Shown here in pieces: positions 30,457 to 40,407 of a DNA stretch of 64,000 nt. Under the pieces are notes generated by a model. It saw nothing but the letters and a program-made list of their open reading frames with translations. It ran no database searches and was not told the DNA's origin. Position 1 is the stretch's first letter; the number at the start of each line of letters is the position of its first letter. This DNA comes from Promethearchaeota archaeon (lineage in GTDB: Archaea > Asgardarchaeota > Lokiarchaeia > Sigyniarchaeales > SOKP01). The translations under genes were made by a program, and so were the position numbers. The stretch spans positions 92,568 through 156,567 of the forward strand of contig JAUVXW010000005.1 in the NCBI GenBank assembly GCA_030603385.1, in the 5' to 3' direction.

Positions 30457-31755
30457 ATGGTCAAAGACATCGAAAAACAATTCAAAAAAGCTGAGAAACT
30501 CTATAAAGCTATGCAGTATAAAAGAGCAGCAAAACTATATGATTCTGTAGGGGATTCTTATTTAACTCTAGGCAATTTTGAACTTGCTAGAGATTGTTAT
30601 TTTGATGCTGCGAAATGTTGTATGAACGAGGATAAATATTTAATTGGAATAGATTTCTTAAGAAAAGCGGGAAATGCATCACTAATTCATAATCAGGTTT
30701 TAGAGGCCAATCAATTCTTTAGAGAAGCCGTAAAATACATCCCTAATTTAAGAAGTACTTCGGATCGAAATCATTACTTCATTTTATTCTCATGCTTATC
30801 ATACCTATGTTTTTTCGTTAAAGGAGAACAAGAGGAAGGTCTAAAATTAGTTAAAAAAATAAAAAATTATGTCGATGATACTTATTTTAAAGAAAATCCA
30901 TTAATTCGTCTTATTACAAATTTAACTATGGTAAGAAAAGAGAAAAATGAAAAATATGTTGAAAGAATCAAAAAAGATTTTACTAATTTAAAGTTTCGTG
31001 AAGCTGAAACCCATCTTGTAAAACAGGCATTAGTAATAGCAAAAACTTATACCTCATTAATTATCAATTTAAATTTCGATAAAGAAGTTTACACTACAAA
31101 TGAACCAATTAATTTATCATTGAATATCGATACAGAACCTTTATTAGAAATTTCAAAACAAGATTTTTATAATTATGATTTGAAAGAATTAAAAATATCT
31201 AAAATTGGGATTACACTTTCTGATAATCTAACTTCTCCGAAAAACCCCGAACTTCCAATTTTGATAGAAGTAGGTCAAAAACGGCGGATTAACCTTTTGA
31301 TAAAACCTCATTTTCAAATGGAAAATCCTTTTGTTGGGCCGATTTTGATAACAGCTGAATTGAATGAGAATTTAATTTTTATGTATGAAATCTCTCAACT
31401 TTTAAAGCCAAATTTAATATCTCCTCCCCCTTCACTAGAAATTTCCATAAAAAATTTAAGACCTCCCCTTATCGATCAAACTTTTCCACTTGAAATCCTA
31501 ATTGAGAATAAAAGTCAGGGGGATGCGCTTAATCTTAATATAGACGTTGAATTTCCCGAACAAATCAAAGTAATGAGAGGTACGTTAAAGAAACAGATAT
31601 ACTCACTAAGATCAAACGAAAATATCAAATGGGAAATAAACCTTAAACCCACTGAAGCAGGAGATTATATAATTAAAGTTATCAGCAAGTTTAATGATCC
31701 TGATCAGAATCTTATTGAAGATACTAAAGAATTCCCATTATCTATAAAATTGTAG
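30457..31755 (+). CDS. TPR/alpha-SNAP-like helical N-terminus with C-terminal Ig-like (BatD/CARDB-like) domains
   Basis: YKRAAKLY...GNFELARDCYFDAA helical repeats; beta-rich C-terminus LEILIENKSQGDA...LKPTEAGDYII. Confidence 0.5.
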   Translation: MVKDIEKQFKKAEKLYKAMQYKRAAKLYDSVGDSYLTLGNFELARDCYFDAAKCCMNEDKYLIGIDFLRKAGNASLIHNQVLEANQFFREAVKYIPNLRSTSDRNHYFILFSCLSYLCFFVKGEQEEGLKLVKKIKNYVDDTYFKENPLIRLITNLTMVRKEKNEKYVERIKKDFTNLKFREAETHLVKQALVIAKTYTSLIINLNFDKEVYTTNEPINLSLNIDTEPLLEISKQDFYNYDLKELKISKIGITLSDNLTSPKNPELPILIEVGQKRRINLLIKPHFQMENPFVGPILITAELNENLIFMYEISQLLKPNLISPPPSLEISIKNLRPPLIDQTFPLEILIENKSQGDALNLNIDVEFPEQIKVMRGTLKKQIYSLRSNENIKWEINLKPTEAGDYIIKVISKFNDPDQNLIEDTKEFPLSIKL

Positions 31756-31816
31756 ATAAATTACATTAATCAATTTCTTTATTTAAGGTAAGAAGCATAA
31801 GAAAAATTTAAAAAGA

Positions 31817-32968
31817 TTATATTAATATTGGTTCTTTATGATTGTATGTTACTTTTTCACACTTGTCTTTCCCGATTATTATATCATCCTCTAATCTTAT
31901 CCCCCATTCCCCTTTCCAATATAAACCCGGCTCACTTGTGTATACCATATTTTCTACAAGCTTTAATTCATCAGATACTTTCCAACTAACTCTAGGGCCG
32001 ATATCATGCGCTTCAAAACCGAGTGAATGTCCAAAACCATGAAAGAATAATTTTTCATGGTCATAACCTTTTTCTGCTAAAAATTCACGACATTTTATAG
32101 CAGGAAGATTAGCTGGAGTATTATCAACAAAATATTTATTTGCAATTTCTTTCGATTCATAAAGAGCAATATAAGCTTTAAGAAAATCATCAGACGGCTT
32201 TTTACCAACCCAAAGAGTCCATGTTATATCAGAACACATTTGGTCGATTTGTAATCCTGTATCTATTAATAACACCCCTTCCTCAATTTTTTTCTCAGAA
32301 GTATTATGGTGAGGATCGGCTGAATGAGCCCCAGAACCTACGATTGCAGGAAATGATGGTCGACCTAATTTCATGTATCTACACTCTATTTCTGCTTTTA
32401 CATCATTCTCACTCATTCCTCTTTTAATTAAATCTGGGAGTGTTTCCAATATTTCAAGAGTTGCTTTACAGACATTCCGTAGATCCTTTAACTCCTCTTG
32501 ACTTTTTACACTTCTCAATCCATATATGATTGGTGCTGCTGAGAAAAATTCTGTTTGTGGGGCTAGTTCTTTGACAGAAAAATAATCACCTGCCCTGATA
32601 TAATCCGCAAAAGGAGTCCCTTTTTCATTAAAAATATTTTCTCCAAAATTCAGTGCGATTCGAGGTTTGTTAATGATAGATTTTAATTTAGGTACTAATT
32701 CTTTTAATGAATTATATGATTCTACCTTTGATTTAATATTCATGCTTTCTAATGAGCGTTTGATCATTGGTGCTTCCATTTCAACAGCAAGAACTTTATG
32801 TTCACCATTTGCTGCTACATAAATGTAATGTCGAGCATGAGACCCTACTCCTAATAAAAAACGAGAATTTACATCGCTGTCCTCATTACAGATTATTAAC
32901 CAACCATCTCCATTTAATTCACGTAATATTTCTTGTGCTCTTTCAAATTTATTCATATTACCAAACAC
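31817..32968 (-). CDS. Xaa-Pro aminopeptidase (M24 family)
   Basis: PHH, DTG...SDIT, HGFGHSLGFEAHD, EPGLY, GIRLEDD. Confidence 0.92.
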   Translation of the reverse strand: MFGNMNKFERAQEILRELNGDGWLIICNEDSDVNSRFLLGVGSHARHYIYVAANGEHKVLAVEMEAPMIKRSLESMNIKSKVESYNSLKELVPKLKSIINKPRIALNFGENIFNEKGTPFADYIRAGDYFSVKELAPQTEFFSAAPIIYGLRSVKSQEELKDLRNVCKATLEILETLPDLIKRGMSENDVKAEIECRYMKLGRPSFPAIVGSGAHSADPHHNTSEKKIEEGVLLIDTGLQIDQMCSDITWTLWVGKKPSDDFLKAYIALYESKEIANKYFVDNTPANLPAIKCREFLAEKGYDHEKLFFHGFGHSLGFEAHDIGPRVSWKVSDELKLVENMVYTSEPGLYWKGEWGIRLEDDIIIGKDKCEKVTYNHKEPILI

Positions 32969-33278
32969 TAAAATTTATTTTCTTAATTTTATCTAAATAT
33001 TATCATACTTATTTTAATTTTGATTTTTCGTCCCTATTTAATCTATTTCTGGTACAATCTAATTATTAGGGCAATTTGTAAAGTATTTTAAACATTTATT
33101 GCAATGTTCATATCTCACACAAAGATTAGAATTGATACTAATTGGAAATGACGTATCATTCAACTGCTAATTGTCTTAAAGAATCTATTTAAATTATATT
33201 AACAAATTACTTTCTTGTAAGCTGCATTGCCGTCTGCTTTTTACCTATATTGTTTAGAATTCAAATTAATAATATAGG

Positions 33279-33470
33279 TTAATTTTTTAACTTCGCGAAG
33301 CAATCTTCACAAAAAAAAATCCTTCGGATTTTAGTAGCATCCCAAACCATATGACCTGACTTATGCTTCGTTTCACAACCCCAACACAGCTTAAATACTT
33401 TAGTATCAACAAAATATTCGTTTGTCGCATTAAAAGTATCGTCTTTTATTATTTCTTTATAACTTTTCAA
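33279..33470 (-). CDS. small putative zinc-binding protein
   Basis: CWGC ... CEDC. Confidence 0.5.
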   Translation of the reverse strand: MKSYKEIIKDDTFNATNEYFVDTKVFKLCWGCETKHKSGHMVWDATKIRRIFFCEDCFAKLKN

Positions 33471-33676
33471 TTTGTATACATCTCAATTTTATAATGATTT
33501 TGAATAGTTATTCATTATTTATAAGCTATATAATAAGTATCTACATACCAATTTAAGTATTTTGAATATTTATTCAAAACAAAATCTCAAGCAATTCCAA
33601 AAGAAATTAAAACCCTACGCTTATTATTAGACAAATTCTTTTAATAAGTACATAATAATATAAAAGTTATTTAAAA

Positions 33677-35245
33677 ATGAAATTATCAGTTAAAGAAATC
33701 AATTTTGAAACAGGAAATACTAAAAATATTGTTTTAAACATTAAAGATGCACAAGAATTAGGACAAAAAGCAGGAGAGCGTATATTTATCAAAAATCTGC
33801 ATTCTAAAACTATAGAAGATAAATTTTGGACAGCTATTATACAAATAGATTATTCAAGCACAATAGTAAAATCCGGTGAAATTGGGATCTTCTTAGATAT
33901 ATTACGAGAAAAAAAGAGTTTGAAAAATAGCATTATGGTATCTGTGAAACCAGCTGATCCACCTGAATCTTTCAAATTTATTCAAAAGAAAATTAAAGGA
34001 AATAAGTTGAAAAGTGAGGAAATTAATGCTATTATCTCTGATGCAGTTTCAGGGTCATTATCTCGAATTGATCTAGCAGCGTTTATCACAGGAGTCTCTA
34101 TTATCGGAATGGATAAAGAAGAGATGACAGCATTAACCTTAGCAGAAACTAAGAGTGGGGAGATATTTTATTTCGGGATGGATGTCTATGATAAGCACAG
34201 TACAGAAATTTACATTTAGTAAGTTTTGCTGATTGGTGGCGTCCCAGGGAATAAGGTTTCTCTTATTATTGTTCCAATTGTAGCAGCAGCGGGCCTAACT
34301 ATTCCAAAATCTTCAACCAGAGCAATAACATCACCTTCAGGGACGGCAGATTCAATGGAAGTATTAGCACCAGTTGCATTTAACCCAAATGAACTAAATG
34401 AAATCGTGTCTAAAGAAAATGCATGCATAATTTGGGGTGGAGCGCTTGAAACCGCGCCAGCAGATAATATTTTAATCGAGATTGAACGACCTTTACATAT
34501 GGATCCAGTAGGCCTTATGATTCCTTCAATACTCACTAAAAAACTTTCATTAGGTGTTAAAAAACTTGTTCTTGATATCCCTGTTGGAGAAGGCACTAAA
34601 TTTCCAACTCCCGCTAATGGAAAACAATTTGCTTATTTATTTAAAGAAATTGCCGCTAATGTAGGAATTGAAGCAGAATGTGCATTAACATTAGCTCATC
34701 AACCAATTGGCCATGCTGTAGGACCAGCGATAGAAGCAAGGGAAGCTTTAAATTTACTAATGGATTATTCTGCTGGACCGAATTCTTTGGTAGAAAAATC
34801 TACTGATTTAGCCGGAATTATTCTTGAAATGAGTGGAAAAGCTCAGAAAGGTATGGGTCAAAGTCTAGCGAAAGATATTCTGCGTTCTGGTAAAGCTTAT
34901 GAGAAAATGAAAAGAATTATTGATGCTCAAGGTGGTAATCCTGATATAAAATCTGATGAAATTGAGCTTGGACCATATATGAAAGAATTTTTTGCCGCAA
35001 AAGAAGGATATATAGTCGAAGTAAATAACTCAATAATAAATCAAATAGCAAAAACAGCTGGATGTCCTAGCTCGAAGAGTTCTGGTGTGGAAATAATAAA
35101 AAAACAAGGAGCAAAGGTAAAAGAGGGAGATATTGTTTTCAGGATTTATTCTCATAGCCAATCCAAACTAAGAAAAGCAGAAAAAATCTACAATTCTACT
35201 GGTGGCCCAATTCGTCTTGGAGGAATGATCATCGAACGTATTTAA
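33677..35245 (+). CDS. AMP phosphorylase (thymidine phosphorylase family), split by a 30-nt candidate intron; spliced product 512 aa
   Basis: Both ORFs are in the same frame; DKHS|GGVPGNK motif interrupted; SSTRAITSPSGTADSMEV, QPIGHAVGPAIEARE; N-terminal domain typical of AMP phosphorylases. Confidence 0.88.
34204..34233 (+). other. candidate BHB/BHL (tRNA-endonuclease-type) mRNA intron
   Basis: 4-bp helix CAGT/GCTG, 3-nt bulge ACA, 9-bp inner stem GAAATTTAC/GTAAGTTTT; contains in-frame TAG TAA; removal restores DKHSTGGVPGNK. Confidence 0.72.
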
Positions 35246-35305
35246 ATTTTTACAGACATTTCAGCAAAAGTTTATTTTAAAATTTAATTTTTCTAAAATA
35301 ATTGT

Positions 35306-36796
35306 ATGCCCCTAACCCCAAAAGCAATTTATAAGGATTTAGTAAATAAGGATCTAGATAAACCATTTGCGATAGAACTGTTGCTAACTCTTATAGATAA
35401 TGCAGAAAATGTTGAAACACGTATAGAAAGCATTAAAATATTGAATAATATTCAAGTTGAAGATGATAAGACCTTTAAATTCTTAGAACATCTATTGATT
35501 TCCGATCTAAATGAAGAAGTAAGAAATCAAACAATTTTAGTCATAAAGAATCATTATTTAGATAGGGCTCTTGATCCTATGATATGGGCTCTTGAACATG
35601 AACGAACGCTAAAATGTTTGATTTCAATTATATTAACTATAGGTGAGATTGATACTGATGAAGCCAAATCTGTTTTAATTAAAAAATTAAAGAAACTCAA
35701 TAAAAAGGAAGGCTACTATATTTTAAAACATCAATTCGCAAAAGATACCATAGGAAAAATTCCAAATACGGAACTTGCAGAAATTATAATAAATTACTAT
35801 ACTATTTCATTTTTAAAAAAAACCTTTGGTCATTTTAAATTTAAAAATAACGAATTCGGGCGGATCACTGAATTAGATTTATCCAATGTTGAAAGATATA
35901 ATTCTGGTTTAAATAAATTAGAAAATTTTCTTGAATCAATCTTATCCCTAAAAGATCTTGAAAAATGTGATTTACGATTTAATCACCTAACAAAAGTTCC
36001 CGAGATTTTAAATAAATCAATTGAATATCTAGATTTAAGTTATAATAAATTAGTAAATCTACCTGATCTTCACAATTTCACAATACTTAAAAGTTTGAAT
36101 TTAAAATCAAATAGATTGAGAAATCTTCCAGACCCCATAGGTTCACTTTTATCACTTGAGTATTTGAATCTAAGAAATAATATGCTAAAAACTCTCCCTG
36201 AATCAATAAGTTTTCTGTCTTCACTGAAAGTTTTAGATTTACATGGAAATAAATTAAACTCTATAACTGCAAATCTAAATAAATCAATAAGAGAATTAGA
36301 GTTAGGTTGGAATAATTTTGAGATAATTCCAAATGGTATAAAACTTCTATTATCATTGGAAAGGTTAGGATTAGGTGGTAATAAAATAATTAATTTACCA
36401 GATTGGATTGGAAGGTACAATTCACTTAAACAATTAGATCTATATGATAATCAACTAATTAAAGTTCCAGAATCACTAGGATCACTTGAATCTTTAGAAA
36501 GATTGAACTTAAGAAATAATCAATTAAATGAACTTCCTTCTTCATTATCCAATTTAAAATCACTTAAAAATTTAAACCTAAGTTGGAATAATTTTAAAAT
36601 TCTCCCAGAATGGATTGGATCACTGCCTCTATTAGAAGAATTAAATCTGTGGGGTAATCTACTTGAGATTGTTCCTGAAACAATTGCTTCACTTTCCTCA
36701 TTAAAAATATTGGATTTGAATTTCAATAAAATTGAGGAAATACCACCATTTTTAAAAGAATTAGAACAAGAAAAAGGGCTTATTATAAAAATTTAA
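35306..36796 (+). CDS. HEAT-like N-terminus + LRR protein
   Basis: FKFLEHLLISDLNEEVR; many LxxLNLxxNxLxxLPxSIGxL repeats. Confidence 0.88.
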   Translation: MPLTPKAIYKDLVNKDLDKPFAIELLLTLIDNAENVETRIESIKILNNIQVEDDKTFKFLEHLLISDLNEEVRNQTILVIKNHYLDRALDPMIWALEHERTLKCLISIILTIGEIDTDEAKSVLIKKLKKLNKKEGYYILKHQFAKDTIGKIPNTELAEIIINYYTISFLKKTFGHFKFKNNEFGRITELDLSNVERYNSGLNKLENFLESILSLKDLEKCDLRFNHLTKVPEILNKSIEYLDLSYNKLVNLPDLHNFTILKSLNLKSNRLRNLPDPIGSLLSLEYLNLRNNMLKTLPESISFLSSLKVLDLHGNKLNSITANLNKSIRELELGWNNFEIIPNGIKLLLSLERLGLGGNKIINLPDWIGRYNSLKQLDLYDNQLIKVPESLGSLESLERLNLRNNQLNELPSSLSNLKSLKNLNLSWNNFKILPEWIGSLPLLEELNLWGNLLEIVPETIASLSSLKILDLNFNKIEEIPPFLKELEQEKGLIIKI

Positions 36797-36822
36797 TCAA
36801 AATTGTTAAGGATTGAAATATA

Positions 36823-37071
36823 TTGACTAAAGAAAGCATCATTGAAATAAAAATTAATGAAGAAAATTGCACTGGCTGCATTATATGCAAATTGTGGTGT
36901 TCTTACATTTATCATAACATTTTTAATCCCTCAAAAGCAAATTTAGAAATTGAAGAAAGGTATGGATTAACTCCTAAAATAGTTTTTCTAGAGACCTGTC
37001 ATCATTGCGGACAATGTGTCCAACATTGTCTTTATGGGGCATTAGAATTAAAGGAGATTATTGAACAATGA
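36823..37071 (+). CDS. 4Fe-4S ferredoxin (AOR-associated)
   Basis: CTGCIICKLWC and CHHCGQCVQHC. Confidence 0.85.
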   Translation: MTKESIIEIKINEENCTGCIICKLWCSYIYHNIFNPSKANLEIEERYGLTPKIVFLETCHHCGQCVQHCLYGALELKEIIEQ

Positions 37072-38975
37072 AATGGAATGGATACACTGGAAATATTCTA
37101 CATGTGAATTTAGCAGATAATAAGACTAAAATTACTAACCAAAAAATTAATGATGTTAAAAAGTTCATAGGCGGGTTTGGAGTAAACATTAAACTCGCAG
37201 CAGAATTAATTAAGCCTAATATCCCTCCATTTAGTTCTAAAAACTATATCATAATAGGAGCAGGACCATTAGTTGGTACAATTACCCCGGGTTCCTCTCG
37301 AACTGTAGGAATAAGTAAATTTCCAGCAACAGGAGCAATTGGATATTCATGTGGGAGCATGAGCTTTGGATTCCAGTTGAAAAATGCTGGGTTTGACCAT
37401 ATTATTATCTCAGGTAAAGCAGAAAAGCCATCTTATATATTGATTCAAAATGATCATGTTGATCTCCAAAATGCGCAAAAAATTTGGGGCATGGACATTA
37501 TTGATTCTACAAACTTTTTACAAAAAAAGTATAAAGATTGTAGTGTAATCGCTATGGGACAGGCTGGAGAAAACCTTGTATATAATTCTTTAGCACTAAT
37601 AGATAAAACATCAACATTTGGACGAGGAGGCCTTGGAGCAGTTATGGGATCTAAAAATCTTAAAGCAATTGTGGCACGAGGAACGCAAGGTGTTTCAATA
37701 GCGCATCCTAAGGAATTCAATAATTTATACTCAAAACTTTTTGAACGTATTCGAACATATCCCCAGAGAAAATCTTGGATTGATTTAGGAATGCTAAGAA
37801 GTTTACCCGTTGGGATGCTTTTAAAAGTTAAGGGTCAAAAAGAAAAAGCTCACCAATGTAGTGAATCTGAATATTTAAAAAAGTTGAAAAAACGTCGAAT
37901 AGCTTGCCCCTCTTGCCCTATGGCAGATAAAGATATTCTTGAACTTAAAGATGGATGCTATTCCGGATTAATAAATTATACTTCTTCAGTTATAAACCCT
38001 CTCCTAATGTTTACACTTGAAGGATTAAAAAATATTAATGAAAATATTAAATTTTTTGACCTTATTAATCGGTATGGACTGGATGCATTAAATATTACAG
38101 GCTTATTTGAATTTTTAGATAGAATGTATAAAACAAAGATTTTAACAGAACAAAATACTGGGATAGATTGGAAAAATGAAATTAATAGTATGATTAAGCT
38201 AATTGAAATGATTGTTTTTCGGAAGGGGTTTGGAAACATTCTAGCAGATGGCTGGGAAAAATTGGGTGAAAACTATGAAAATATTATAGATAGAATGATT
38301 ATAGTAAAAGGTCTAGATATAGTATTTGAACCTCGACTTATGAGGTTAGGAACGATGGAATTTGAACAAGTTGTAAATCCTAAAGGTGCACATGTTGCTT
38401 CTGGAGGGTCACCTACATATGCAGGTGCTGGAGTATCAACTGAAAAATTTAAAAACCATTTTGATCGAATGGGAATTCCAAAAGAAGCGATTAATAGAAT
38501 ATTTTCACCCTCAATAAAAGAAATGGTAATAAATGTTGGTAGAATAACAAAGTATTCAGAAGATTGGTATACCATTTTAAGTTCTTTAGGTATCTGTGCA
38601 AGGGCTCAAATAAACCGTTTCTGGAGTCTTGAATCAGCTACCAATTTTTATAATGCAATTACTGGAATTGGCCTGAATTCCGAAGAAATAAGGAAAGCTG
38701 CTGAACGTTCATGGAATTTACTTAAAATTTTAAATATGAGAGAAGGTTTCTCTCGAAATGATGATAAATTTCCTAAAGAATGGTTTAAACCTTTAAAATA
38801 TGGGAAAAATTATTTCCCATTCAAGGATTTCTTTGGAGAAATAACAATTAACGAAGAAATTGCTAACCAATTGCTTGATGATTATTATGAAGAGCGTGGG
38901 TGGAATAGAATTGACGGAAATCCAACTGAAGAAAAGATAAAAGAACTAGATTTGGAAGTCTATATAAATAATTGA
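37068..38975 (+). CDS. aldehyde:ferredoxin oxidoreductase family tungstoenzyme
   Basis: GY.G.IL.VNL, GPLVGT, GQAGENLV, GRGGLGAVMGSKNLKAI, YGLD, LDDYYEERGW. Confidence 0.9.
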   Translation: MKWNGYTGNILHVNLADNKTKITNQKINDVKKFIGGFGVNIKLAAELIKPNIPPFSSKNYIIIGAGPLVGTITPGSSRTVGISKFPATGAIGYSCGSMSFGFQLKNAGFDHIIISGKAEKPSYILIQNDHVDLQNAQKIWGMDIIDSTNFLQKKYKDCSVIAMGQAGENLVYNSLALIDKTSTFGRGGLGAVMGSKNLKAIVARGTQGVSIAHPKEFNNLYSKLFERIRTYPQRKSWIDLGMLRSLPVGMLLKVKGQKEKAHQCSESEYLKKLKKRRIACPSCPMADKDILELKDGCYSGLINYTSSVINPLLMFTLEGLKNINENIKFFDLINRYGLDALNITGLFEFLDRMYKTKILTEQNTGIDWKNEINSMIKLIEMIVFRKGFGNILADGWEKLGENYENIIDRMIIVKGLDIVFEPRLMRLGTMEFEQVVNPKGAHVASGGSPTYAGAGVSTEKFKNHFDRMGIPKEAINRIFSPSIKEMVINVGRITKYSEDWYTILSSLGICARAQINRFWSLESATNFYNAITGIGLNSEEIRKAAERSWNLLKILNMREGFSRNDDKFPKEWFKPLKYGKNYFPFKDFFGEITINEEIANQLLDDYYEERGWNRIDGNPTEEKIKELDLEVYINN

Positions 38976-39032
38976 AGCATTAACAAAATAAAACCAGTAA
39001 TTTAAAAAGCTAAAATCAATTTTTTTAAACTA

Positions 39033-40391
39033 ATGGAATTAACACCTGATAAAATCTATAAAGACTTCTTAAAAAATAATTTAGATAAACCCTCTGCTAC
39101 TAAATTATTATTTTCTTTAATTGAAAATAGTGAAAAAGAAAAAGTTAGGGCTGACTGTATTAAAGAGCTGGATCGTATTGAAGCTAAAGACGGTCAAACT
39201 TTTAAATTTTTAGAAAATTTACTTATTTCTGATTCTAGTGAATTAATTAGAAAATCTTCGGCGGTTACTTTAAGGAATAACTTTTTAGATAAAATTTTCG
39301 AACCAATGAAATGGGCTCTTATTCATGAGGAATCTCTTTCTTGTTTAAACACAATTTATTTAACTTTAATTAAGATTTTACATAATTTTGTTATTAATCC
39401 AGATCCTTTAGTAAAATCGACTTTATTAACAGAAGTTAAGAAGATTAGAAGGAAAGAGTTTAAATTGGGATTTGAAATTTTATGTGAAACTAAAGAAATA
39501 GATACTTTTACGAAAAAAGATCTAAGTGAAATACTCATCAACTATTTTACAATTATATTTTTAGAAAAATCTTACTGGAGATTAAAATTTAAGGTGGAAA
39601 ATTGCACAATTATTGAATTAGATTTTATATTTAAAGGCTTAACGAGTTTACCTGAGGCGATTAAACATCTGACTCATTTGAGAACATTAATTCTGAGATA
39701 TAATCAATTAACCCAACTCCCTGATTGGTTAGGATCTCTATTATCTCTTGAAGAATTAAATATTAATGTAAATAATTTGAATGAACTAACTAGTTCAATT
39801 GGAATGTTGAGTTCCCTTAGAGAATTGTTATTATGGAAGAATGAACTCACTTATCTTCCACATACAATTGGGAAATTATCATCTTTAGAAACCTTGAATT
39901 TAAGGCTAAATCAACTAAAAGTATTACCAGAAACTATAGGAAACCTATTTTCGTTGAAAGAATTAAACTTACATGATAATCAATTAATACATCTCCCAGA
40001 GTCATTTAAAGGACTTACCTCATTAGAAAAACTCAATTTAAGCTGGAATAACATTGGAATATTACCAGATTCTTTAGGATATCTTCCTTCACTTAAATTT
40101 TTAGATTTAGAAAGAAACGAGTTAGTTTATCTTCCAGAAAGCATTGGTTACCTTTCAACTTTAGAGTTTTTGAATTTAAGTGATAATAAACTAAGAAAGA
40201 TCCCAGAGACTATTGGAAATCTTACTTCCCTTCACTATTTAAATTTATCAAGAAATGAGTTAGATTCCATTCCTGAATCAATAGGATCACTAAATTCATT
40301 AAAGGAATTATATTTAGGAGAAAATAATATTAGAGTGATTCCTAAAAACCTAAAACGTTTAGAACACAGCGAATTGAAAATTCATTTTTAA
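39033..40391 (+). CDS. HEAT-like N-terminus + LRR protein (paralog of 35306)
   Basis: MELTPDKIYKD..FKFLENLLISD; LRR repeats. Confidence 0.88.
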   Translation: MELTPDKIYKDFLKNNLDKPSATKLLFSLIENSEKEKVRADCIKELDRIEAKDGQTFKFLENLLISDSSELIRKSSAVTLRNNFLDKIFEPMKWALIHEESLSCLNTIYLTLIKILHNFVINPDPLVKSTLLTEVKKIRRKEFKLGFEILCETKEIDTFTKKDLSEILINYFTIIFLEKSYWRLKFKVENCTIIELDFIFKGLTSLPEAIKHLTHLRTLILRYNQLTQLPDWLGSLLSLEELNINVNNLNELTSSIGMLSSLRELLLWKNELTYLPHTIGKLSSLETLNLRLNQLKVLPETIGNLFSLKELNLHDNQLIHLPESFKGLTSLEKLNLSWNNIGILPDSLGYLPSLKFLDLERNELVYLPESIGYLSTLEFLNLSDNKLRKIPETIGNLTSLHYLNLSRNELDSIPESIGSLNSLKELYLGENNIRVIPKNLKRLEHSELKIHF

Positions 40392-40407
40392 AAATGACTA
40401 CCTTTAC

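Noticed and set aside
34217-34222. Stop read-through in AMP phosphorylase
   Set aside because: There are two different consecutive stops (TAG TAA), and read-through would insert 10 residues into the active-site motif; splicing or pseudogenisation fits better
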